From the NCBI RefSeq assembly GCF_030269765.1, contig NZ_BSTX01000001.1, positions 1,975,571-2,039,570 on the forward strand: a stretch of 64,000 nucleotides of DNA. Reading direction: 5' to 3'. Shown in pieces: positions 9,449 through 16,963 of the stretch. The notes under the pieces were generated by a model. That model ran no database searches. It saw only the letters and a list, made by a program, of their open reading frames with translations, and was not told where the DNA came from. The DNA is from Actinorhabdospora filicis (lineage in GTDB: Bacteria; Actinomycetota; Actinomycetes; Mycobacteriales; Micromonosporaceae). The translations under genes were made by a program, and so were the position numbers. Position 1 is the first letter of the stretch. Each line of letters starts with the position of its first letter.

Positions 9449-10234
9449 GTGGACCGCTACGCCCGATGGAACACTCTGCTGGAGATCCTGGCCTCGGACG
9501 GCAGGATCACCGTCGAAGAGGCCGCCGCCCGCATGCACGTGTCGCAGGCCACCATCCGCCGCGACTTCGACCAGCTGACCCAGCAGCAGATGATCACCCG
9601 CACGCGCGGAGGCGCGGTGGCCAACGGCGTGTCCTACGACCTGCCGCTGCGGTACAAGTCCGCCAAGCGCATCGACGAGAAGCACCGCATCGGCGAAGCC
9701 GCCGCGGCCCTCGTCGGGCCCGGCATGGTCGTCGGCCTCAACGGGGGCACGACCACCACCGAAGTCGCGCGCTCCCTGGCGACACGCCCGGAACTGGTCA
9801 CCCAGTCCGGGACGACGCCGCTGACCATCGTCACCAACGCCCTCAACATCGCCAACGAGATGATCGTGCGCCCGCACGTCAAGGTCGTCGTCGTCGGCGG
9901 CGTCGTGCGCCCGCAGTCCTACGAGCTCATCGGGCCGCTGGCCTCGCCGATCCTGCGCGAGATCACCCTCGACATGGTCTTCCTGGGCGTGGACGCCATC
10001 GACGTCAAGATGGGCGCCGCCGCCCACCACGAGGGCGAGGCCGCCATCAACGCCCTGATGGCCGCGCGCGCCCGGCGCATAGTCATCATCGCCGACGGCT
10101 CCAAGATCGGCGGGCACGCCTTCGCGCGCATCTGCCCGATCGAGAAGGTCCACACCCTGGTCACCGACATGTCCGTGGCCCGCGAGGTCATCGACGAGTT
10201 CGAGGCCGCCGGAGTGACCGTCGTCCGTGTTTGA
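9449..10234 (+). CDS. DeoR-family transcriptional regulator
   Basis: GTG start preceded by a GGGGGAAGAAGGG RBS. N-terminal DeoR HTH (TVEEAAARMHVSQATIRRD) and a C-terminal sugar-phosphate sensor domain. Divergent from the catabolic operon. Confidence 0.85.
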   Translation: MDRYARWNTLLEILASDGRITVEEAAARMHVSQATIRRDFDQLTQQQMITRTRGGAVANGVSYDLPLRYKSAKRIDEKHRIGEAAAALVGPGMVVGLNGGTTTTEVARSLATRPELVTQSGTTPLTIVTNALNIANEMIVRPHVKVVVVGGVVRPQSYELIGPLASPILREITLDMVFLGVDAIDVKMGAAAHHEGEAAINALMAARARRIVIIADGSKIGGHAFARICPIEKVHTLVTDMSVAREVIDEFEAAGVTVVRV

Positions 10235-10279
10235 CCGACACGACCCATACCCGTCACACGAACCTGGAACGATCACCAC

Positions 10280-11059
10280 ATGAGCGAGCGCAAGCCGATC
10301 GAATGCTGGCTGTCGGACATGGACGGCGTCCTCGTCCACGAGGGCGTGCCGGTGCCCGGGGCCAAGGAGTTCATCGACCGCCTGAAGGAGACGGGACGCC
10401 GGTTCCTCGTCCTCACGAACAACTCCATCTACACCCCGCGCGACCTGCACGTCCGGCTCCGCAACACCGGCCTGGACATCCCCGAGCAGTCGATCTACAC
10501 CTCCGCCCTGGCCACCGCCGACTTCCTGAACACCCAGCGGCCCGGCGGCTCCGCCTACGTCATCGGCGAGGCGGGACTCACCACCGCCCTGCACGAGATC
10601 GGCTACGTGCTCACCGACATCAACCCCGACTACGTGATCCTCGGCGAGACCCGCTCCTACTCGCTGGGGGCCATCACCCGCGCCATCCGCCTCGTGGACG
10701 CCGGGGCCCGCTTCATCGCCACCAACCCCGACGCCACCGGCCCGTCCCCCGAGGGCATCCAGCCCGCGTGCGGCGCGGTGGCCGCGCTCATCACCAAGGC
10801 GACCGGGGTAGAGCCGTACTTCGTGGGCAAGCCCAACCCGCTGATGATGCGCAGCGCGCTGAACAAGGTCCAAGGGCACTCGGAGTCGACGGCGATGATC
10901 GGCGACCGGATGGACACCGACATCGTGTCGGGCATGGAGGCCGGGCTGGAGACGATCCTGGTGCTCACGGGGATCACGTCGAAGGAGCAGATCGACCGGT
11001 TCCCGTTCCAGCCGAACCGGGTGGTGAACTCGGTGGCGGATCTGGTGGACGTGGTGTGA
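10280..11059 (+). CDS. HAD-IIA family hydrolase (NagD-like sugar phosphatase)
   Basis: DMDGVL motif I, and GDR.DTDI motif near the C-terminus. Confidence 0.8.
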   Translation: MSERKPIECWLSDMDGVLVHEGVPVPGAKEFIDRLKETGRRFLVLTNNSIYTPRDLHVRLRNTGLDIPEQSIYTSALATADFLNTQRPGGSAYVIGEAGLTTALHEIGYVLTDINPDYVILGETRSYSLGAITRAIRLVDAGARFIATNPDATGPSPEGIQPACGAVAALITKATGVEPYFVGKPNPLMMRSALNKVQGHSESTAMIGDRMDTDIVSGMEAGLETILVLTGITSKEQIDRFPFQPNRVVNSVADLVDVV

Positions 11060-11280
11060 GCCTCTCCCCTTTGGAGTTGTCCGTCCTGCGCTTCGAGAAG
11101 GCCTGGTGGAAGCGGCCGGGGGTCAAGGAGCAGAAGATCCGGGAGGTCTTCGGGTGGACCCTCACGCAGTACTACCAGCGGCTGAACGCGCTGGTGGAGC
11201 GGCCGGAGGCGATGGCGGCGGAGCCCAGGGTGGTGCGGCGGTTGCAGCGGATGCGGGCGCGGCGGATGTACTGGCAGTAA
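11056..11280 (+). CDS. DUF3263-like small protein
   Basis: Conserved segment [43 protein letters not shown] start overlaps the HAD stop. Only this final part of the 626-aa track ORF is credible. Confidence 0.55.
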   Translation: MSLSPLELSVLRFEKAWWKRPGVKEQKIREVFGWTLTQYYQRLNALVERPEAMAAEPRVVRRLQRMRARRMYWQ

Positions 11281-11298
11281 CTTTTTTGGGAGGCGAGC

Positions 11299-11589
11299 AT
11301 GTCGGAGATCACGGTGCGGGACGCGCCATCAGAGAAGCGGTTCGAGGCTTATTTGGATGGAGAGCTCGCGGGGTTTTTGGATTACGCGCGGTCTGCTTCG
11401 CATTTGATGCTGGTGCATACGGAGGCGTTTCCGCAGTTTGGGGGGCGCGGGGTGGGGTCGGCGCTGGCTCGGGGGGCCATGGAGGCGGCTCGGGCTGAGG
11501 GGGTTCGGGTTTTGGCGCTGTGTTCGTTTGTGGTGGCTTGGGTGGGGAAGCATCCGGAGTTCGCGGATATTACTGATTTGAGGGGGTAG
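11299..11589 (+). CDS. GNAT-family N-acetyltransferase (small)
   Basis: 96 aa with the acetyl-CoA-binding motif QFGGRGVGSALARGA. Confidence 0.7.
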   Translation: MSEITVRDAPSEKRFEAYLDGELAGFLDYARSASHLMLVHTEAFPQFGGRGVGSALARGAMEAARAEGVRVLALCSFVVAWVGKHPEFADITDLRG

Positions 11590-12616
11590 GGGGAGGGGGG
11601 CTTTCGTCGACCGTCGCCGTCAGCCCCCGCCGTCAGCCCCCGCCGTCACCCTCCGCCGTCTTTCGGCTTGCGGGCCGTCTCCCTCACCGCCAGCCCACGG
11701 CCCGGGCCGCCGGGGCACACCAGCCCGCCTCCCGGGTCCCCCCGGGCCTTCCCCGCCTCTCGGCCTCACCCCGGCCCGCACCACCCCCGTCACGCATCCC
11801 CCTGACCTGTCCCCGCAGCCCCCGTTGGCCCTCGGCCGCATCTCTCGGCTTGCGGGCCACGCATCTCACCCCGGCCACGCCCGGCCACCGGAGCCACGCC
11901 ACCCCGCCTCCCGGAGTTCCCTCCGCCTGTCCCCACCCTCGCGGCCTCACCCCGGTCGCCGCCCGCGCCTGCACCACCCCGGCCCGCACCCGCCTCGTCG
12001 TGCCTCTCCCGCTTGGCCCGCCCTTCCATCCCCACCCTGGTCGTTCGGGTTACCGGCCGCGGATCTCCCGTCGTTCGGCCTCGCAGACGGTGAACGAGGA
12101 ACCCGGGGGTGTCAAGACGGAAGAACATGTCTTGACACCCCCAGAACCCTCGTTCCAAACACCCGTCAGGCCGCACGCCAAAAGATCCAGCTCTCTTCGG
12201 GAAAGGTTGTGCAGGGCCTCGTCTTCGGGCCAGCTCTAGTTATCGGCGGCGGCTTCGGTCAAGAGCCCTACCCTGCTACGCATCGCACCCGGCTCGACAC
12301 ATCGTCCCCGGACCTCGCCTCGGGCGAGCTTCACCCACCGCTGGCGTCCCCACCCGGCCAGGACTTCGTCCCACCCTCACTGCACCAGGCTTCGCATCAC
12401 ACCCGGCCGGTCTTACGTCTGCCACCCTCACCTCGGGCGGGCTTCACCCATCGCCGCGTGGGTGGCCCGGCTCTTGCCTTCGTCTCGCGCTTGTCCCGGC
12501 CCGTCCCAGCCCAGCCCGCCCCGGCTTGCCTTCGTCCCGCCCTTCTCCGGGCCGACCCGCCTTCTGCCTTCTCGGGTCGGCCCTTCCGTGCTTCCGCTCT
12601 TCTCCCGCTCTTCCCT
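11590..12616. repeat. ~1 kb non-coding, repeat-rich, C-rich region
   Basis: Tandem CGCCGTCAGCCCC units (11617-11660). Two ~150-bp degenerate direct repeats (approx. 11655-11800 and 11838-11990). Further ~30-bp direct repeats at 12310-12345 vs 12425-12455 and 12470-12500 vs 12523-12553. Track ORFs here are Pro-rich low-complexity with no RBS. Confidence 0.5.
12091..12154. other. 64-nt compound palindrome / stem-loop
   Basis: Core GGGGGTGTCAAGAC-ggaagaacat-GTCTTGACACCCCC (12104-12141), nested inside an outer inverted repeat GAACGAGG...CCTCGTTC. Confidence 0.6.
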
Positions 12617-13198
12617 CTACGGCTTCCACTCCGGGTCGCGGCCCAGGAATCGCAGCAGTGCGGTCACCGCGCTGTCTCCCTCCACCGGGTCGCCCGCCTG
12701 TGCGTACGCGCCCCAGGGCCTGACGCCGTCAACGACGTCCTTCACCTGGTCCAGCAGTTCGGCGGCGTCTTCTTCGGTCAGGGTGACGGGGCGTCCGGTG
12801 GCGACTTGGATGTCCCAGGCGTGGATGGCCGCGTCGAGTGCCGTGAGGGCGGCGGCAAGGCGGGCGGGGGCTTTGAAGGGGGGCATGGGGATGCCGACTT
12901 CTTCGGCGTCGTGGGCGACGGTGGCGTAGGCGGCTGCCGCTGTGGCGTTGCCGTCGGCGACGAGGTTCTCCAGGTCGGTCTGGTCGCCGGGCGGGTTGAA
13001 GGGGTCGTAGGCGGGCTTCTCTCCGCTGCCGGCTGCTCCGGCGAGGCCGATCTGGTCGCCGGCGGCGTGTTCGATGACGTGCTGGACGGACCATGCGGCG
13101 CAGGGGGTCGGCAGGGCCTTCTGCTCCTCCGTCAGGCCGGCGGTGGCGGCGGCCAGGGAGGCGTGGGCGCGGTCGATGATGGGCCAGGTGGAGGTCAT
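12617..13198 (-). CDS. DinB/maleylpyruvate-isomerase-like (TIGR03086-type) actinobacterial protein
   Basis: 193 aa with the N-terminal mycothiol-dependent-isomerase-like fold (WSVQHVIEH) seen in the TIGR03086 family. Confidence 0.6.
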   Translation of the reverse strand: MTSTWPIIDRAHASLAAATAGLTEEQKALPTPCAAWSVQHVIEHAAGDQIGLAGAAGSGEKPAYDPFNPPGDQTDLENLVADGNATAAAAYATVAHDAEEVGIPMPPFKAPARLAAALTALDAAIHAWDIQVATGRPVTLTEEDAAELLDQVKDVVDGVRPWGAYAQAGDPVEGDSAVTALLRFLGRDPEWKP

Positions 13199-13359
13199 GA
13201 CGGGGACTCCAAATTCTTCACGGGTTGGGCGGCGGTTCTTCGGTTCTCACGTACTGGATGGCGCTCTTGCTTACAGATCAAAGGTTACGCGGCCTTGAGG
13301 ACATGTTCGGTCCTCAATGGGGCGGCCGTTGGGGCCGGGTTCTCAATACACTGCCTCGC

Positions 13360-14520
13360 ATGACCCTCGACTTCGCTCGTGCACGTGCCGAGACGCCCGG
13401 GGCCGCGCGCTCCGCTCATCTGAACAACGCGGGTGCGGCGTTGCCGCCCGCGGTCGTCGTCGACGCCGTCGTCGACTATCTCCGCGAGGAGGCCCTGGCC
13501 GGCGGGTACGAGCTGGCCGATGCGCGGCGGGACCAGGTCCAGCACACGTACGACGCGCTCGCGCGGCTGGTGGGTGCCGACGCCGATGAGATCGCCGTCA
13601 TCGAGAACGCCACGCGGGCCTGGGACATGGCCTTTTACGGCTTCGCCTTCGAACCCGGCGACAAGATACTCACCGGCCGCTCGGAGTACGCCTCGAACGC
13701 GATCGCGCACTTGCAGGTGGCCGAGCGGACGGGGGCGGTCATCGAGGTCGTCGACGATGATGAGCACGGGCAGCTGGACGTCGCCGACCTGCGGCGGCGC
13801 ATCGACGAGCGGGTCAAGCTGATCTCCATCACGCACATCGGGACGCAGGGTGGGCTGATCAACCCGGTCGCCGAGGTCGGGGTGGTCGCGCGGGAGGCGG
13901 GGGTGCCGTACCTGCTGGACGCCTGCCAGTCGGCGGGGCAGGTCGACCTGGACGTGCGCGCCATCGGCTGCGACATCCTGTCGGCCACCGGGCGCAAGTT
14001 CATGCGCGGGCCGCGCGGGACGGGGTTCCTGTACGTCCGGCGGGACCTGGAGCTGCGGCCGCCGATGCTGGACCTGTACGCGGCGACCTGGACCGCGCCC
14101 GACGCCTACACCGTCCGCGAGGACGCGCGGCGCTTCGAGAACTGGGAATGCAACATCGCCACCAAGATCGGCCTGGGCGTGGCCGCCGATTACGCGTTGT
14201 CGTGGGGCATGAAGGCCATCGAGGAGCGGGTGGTCGCCCTCGGCGCGCGGCTGCGGGAGCTGCTGACCGAGCGCGGCGCGGTGGTGCACGACCTGGGCGT
14301 CCACAAGGGCGGGATCGTCACCTTCACGCTCCCGGGGTACACGCCGGACGAGGTCAAGGGGCACCTGAGCGCCGCCGGGGTCAACGTCTCCGTCTCGCGC
14401 GCGCCCTCGTCCCGCTACGACCTGCCCTCGCGGGGGCTGGAAGCGGTCGTGCGGGCCTCGGCGCACTACTACAACGACGAAGAGGACCTCGACCGCCTGA
14501 TCAGGGCCCTGCCCGCGTAG
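13360..14520 (+). CDS. class V aminotransferase-fold PLP enzyme (cysteine desulfurase/selenocysteine lyase-like)
   Basis: Start trimmed to MTLDFARAR (ATG at 13360). PLP-lysine region ILSATGRKFMRGPRGTGFLYV. Confidence 0.8.
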   Translation: MTLDFARARAETPGAARSAHLNNAGAALPPAVVVDAVVDYLREEALAGGYELADARRDQVQHTYDALARLVGADADEIAVIENATRAWDMAFYGFAFEPGDKILTGRSEYASNAIAHLQVAERTGAVIEVVDDDEHGQLDVADLRRRIDERVKLISITHIGTQGGLINPVAEVGVVAREAGVPYLLDACQSAGQVDLDVRAIGCDILSATGRKFMRGPRGTGFLYVRRDLELRPPMLDLYAATWTAPDAYTVREDARRFENWECNIATKIGLGVAADYALSWGMKAIEERVVALGARLRELLTERGAVVHDLGVHKGGIVTFTLPGYTPDEVKGHLSAAGVNVSVSRAPSSRYDLPSRGLEAVVRASAHYYNDEEDLDRLIRALPA

Positions 14521-15716
14521 ACGGCCGCGCCGAGCGCGAACAGCGCCAGCCCCGCCGCGGCGCTGCGCCACGGCAGGCTCGCCGCGACCGCGAGGCAGCC
14601 GGTGAGGCCGACGGCGGCGACGACGCGCGTCCGGGCGCCGCCGAGCGTCCACGCCGAGGCGTTGGCCACCGCGTAATAGACGAGCACCGCGAAGCTGGAG
14701 AAGCCGATGACGCCGCGCAGGTCGGCGGCCATCACCAGCGCCGCCACGACCGCCCCGACCACCAGTTCGGCCACGTGCGGGACCCGGTGGACGGGGTGGA
14801 CGGCGGCCAGCGGACGCGGCAGGTCGCCGCGCCGCGCCATCGCCAGCGCCGTCCGGCCCACCCCCGCCAGCAGCGACAGCAGCACGCCCACCACGGCCAC
14901 GCCCGCGCCGATGCGCACCACCGGCGCCAGCCACGGCCACCCGGCGGCGGTGACGACGTCCACCAGCGGCGCCTTCGAGGCCGCCAGCCGCCCGGCGCCC
15001 AGCGTCAGCAGCGCCAACGTCGCCAGGGCCGCGTACAGGGCCAGGACGACCGTCAGCGCGATCGCCACCGCGCGCGGGATCGTCCGCGCCGGATCGCGCA
15101 CCTCCTCGCCGAGCGTGGCGATCCGCGCGTAACCGGCGAACGCGAAGAACAGCAGCCCCGCCGCGCCCAGCACACCCAGCGCGCTGCCACCACCGGTGAG
15201 CGGCACCGGGTCCAACGCCACCGCGCGCACTCCCCCGGCGAGCACGCCCGCCAGGACCAGCAGCGTCACCGCGAGGAACACCCGCGCGGCCAGCGCGGTC
15301 TTGGCGACCCCGCGCAGGTTGACCGCGGTCAGCGCGATCACCGCCGCCAGCGCCACCCAGCGGGCCCGCTCCGGCCACAGGTAGGCGCCGATGGTGAGGC
15401 CCATCGCCGCGCAACTGGCGGTCTTGCCGATCACGAAACCCCACCCGGCGAGGAAACCCCAGAACGGGCCGAGCCTCTCGCGTCCGTACACATAGGTGCC
15501 GCCCGACTCCGGGTACCTCGCGGCGAGGACGGCCGAACTGGACGCGTTGCACCACGCGACCACACCCGCCACGGCGAGCGCGGCCAGCAGCGCGACGCCC
15601 CCGCCCGCGAGTGACGCGGCGGGGGCGAACGCGGCGAACACGCCCGCGCCGAGCATCGCCGAGAGTCCGATGACGACGGCGTCGCGCACGCCCAGGCGTC
15701 GGGCCAGTTTCTCCAT
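14469..15716 (-). CDS. APC-family amino acid permease
   Basis: Start trimmed to MEKLARRLG (ATG at 15716). About 12 TM helices. N-terminal GLSAMLGAGVF consensus. Confidence 0.8.
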   Translation of the reverse strand: MEKLARRLGVRDAVVIGLSAMLGAGVFAAFAPAASLAGGGVALLAALAVAGVVAWCNASSSAVLAARYPESGGTYVYGRERLGPFWGFLAGWGFVIGKTASCAAMGLTIGAYLWPERARWVALAAVIALTAVNLRGVAKTALAARVFLAVTLLVLAGVLAGGVRAVALDPVPLTGGGSALGVLGAAGLLFFAFAGYARIATLGEEVRDPARTIPRAVAIALTVVLALYAALATLALLTLGAGRLAASKAPLVDVVTAAGWPWLAPVVRIGAGVAVVGVLLSLLAGVGRTALAMARRGDLPRPLAAVHPVHRVPHVAELVVGAVVAALVMAADLRGVIGFSSFAVLVYYAVANASAWTLGGARTRVVAAVGLTGCLAVAASLPWRSAAAGLALFALGAAVYAGRALIRRSRSSSSL

Positions 15717-15760
15717 ACGCGGGAACCTACCGGCGCCGAACCGGCCCGCGCCTGATCGTT

Positions 15761-16690
15761 TTACTCGTAAGCGGGCGTCCAGATGCGCGCCTTGTAGAAC
15801 TCGGCGCCACTTCGCGTCCGGTCGGCCGAATCGGAGAACCGCAGCGTCGGGCTGCCCCACGTGCGCGCCCCGGTGTCGTCGGCGCGCACCGACAGCACCT
15901 CACCCGAGGAGTGCCGTACGAGCGCCTTCACCCTCGTCTCGGTGCTCAGCCGCGTGATGGCCTTGCTCGCGGTGTCGAACTGGTAGGTCCCGTGGGACGC
16001 GGTGAACAGCAGTTTGCCCTTGTTCTGGTAGTCGGGCTGCAGGTCGTGCCCGAGCCCCGAGAAGCTCTTGCTCCCCGCCTGCGACAAGCGCGTCGACCGG
16101 TACGACCCCGTGACCTTGTACCACCGGATCGTCCCGTCCCCGATCGCCCACAGCACCTTCATGCTCGGGTCCCACAGCACCCCGTGCGCGCCCGGCAGGC
16201 TGTAGGTCTTCACCAGGGCGAGCGTCGACGGCTTCGAGACCGCCGTCGGCGAGTACAGCGACAGGAACCCGCCGGAACTCGCCGCCACGATCGACCCGTT
16301 GCCCTCGATCCGCTCGACGGCGTGCGGATTCCCGCCCGGAGCCGCGCTCCACAGCAGGTCATTGCCCTCCGCGTCGGTCTCGCTGGTGTGATCGACGATC
16401 CCGACCCGCCCACCCGAGGCCGCGACCAGCACGACGTACCCGTGAGCAGCGGTATTGCGCAACCGCACGTCCGACAGGTTCGCCCAGGCACCACCGCCCG
16501 GACTGAAGCTCCACTGCCGGTTGGCGACCGTGAGCGCCTTGCCCTTCGGCCACACGTAAACCTTGTTCGCGACCTGCTCGGTGGCCGCGACGCTGTACTG
16601 CGCCGCCTGCGCCGTCCCTTCGAGCAGGACCGCCGCCGGAACGGCCACGGCTCCCAGAGCCAGACCGCGGAGAATGCTGCGCCGGTTCAT
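15761..16690 (-). CDS. Tat-secreted hypothetical protein (beta-rich)
   Basis: AAGGAGA RBS upstream of the ATG at 16690. Twin-arginine signal MNRRSILRGLALGAVAVPA. The upstream part of the track ORF is antisense of the tRNA. Confidence 0.7.
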   Translation of the reverse strand: MNRRSILRGLALGAVAVPAAVLLEGTAQAAQYSVAATEQVANKVYVWPKGKALTVANRQWSFSPGGGAWANLSDVRLRNTAAHGYVVLVAASGGRVGIVDHTSETDAEGNDLLWSAAPGGNPHAVERIEGNGSIVAASSGGFLSLYSPTAVSKPSTLALVKTYSLPGAHGVLWDPSMKVLWAIGDGTIRWYKVTGSYRSTRLSQAGSKSFSGLGHDLQPDYQNKGKLLFTASHGTYQFDTASKAITRLSTETRVKALVRHSSGEVLSVRADDTGARTWGSPTLRFSDSADRTRSGAEFYKARIWTPAYE

Positions 16691-16819
16691 GGTTCTCCTT
16701 TCCTGGGGGAGCAGCGAGTATCCCGAGCCCCCGCCAGCGCCGAGAGCGCTTGCCACGCGACCCTCCGCGCGGGCTCCGCCCCTGCCCACCGAGAGCGCCG
16801 GGTAGGATCGGGGAGATTC

Positions 16820-16895
16820 GCTGGTGTGGCGCAATTGGCAGCGCAACCGCCTTGTAAGCGGTAGGTTGCGGGTTCGAGTCCCGCCACCAGCTCCA
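16820..16895 (+). tRNA. tRNA-Thr (anticodon UGU)
   Basis: Cloverleaf read directly: acceptor GCTGGTG/CACCAGC, D-stem GCGC, anticodon stem ACCGC/GCGGT with loop CTTGTAA, T-arm GCGGG-TTCGAGT-CCCGC, encoded CCA. Confidence 0.8.
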
Positions 16896-16963
16896 GGTTC
16901 ACTCGTGCCCGAGTGCCTTTTGAGCAGTGCCCTTTTGTGCCCGCCCACCCCCGGGAACCGAAT

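Noticed and set aside
9400-11280. 626-aa ORF
   Set aside because: Frame fusion antisense and out of frame to the DeoR and HAD genes. Only the last 74 codons (11056..11280, the DUF3263-like part) look real.
11825-13363. 512-aa Pro-rich ORF spanning the repeat region
   Set aside because: Low complexity. It runs through tandem repeats and then antisense through the TIGR03086 gene. No RBS.
13285-15555. 756-aa ORF (and many similar 400-900-aa ORFs such as 2986..3254+, 4620..6914+, 30858..33053+, 40497..43187+, 46867..48852+, 16970..19048-, 22319..24886-)
   Set aside because: Arg/Gly/Pro/Ala-rich low-complexity translations antisense to convincing genes. This is the typical high-GC (third-position GC) ORF artefact, with no RBS and no domain motifs.
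16820-16963. tRNA-Thr as attB of a mobile genomic island (integrase/att search)
   Set aside because: No integrase, excisionase or transposase ORF in the window. No convincing direct repeat of the tRNA 3' end found by eye near 25.4, 40.5 or 48.9 kb. GC content and codon style look native. Kept only as a low-confidence context note.
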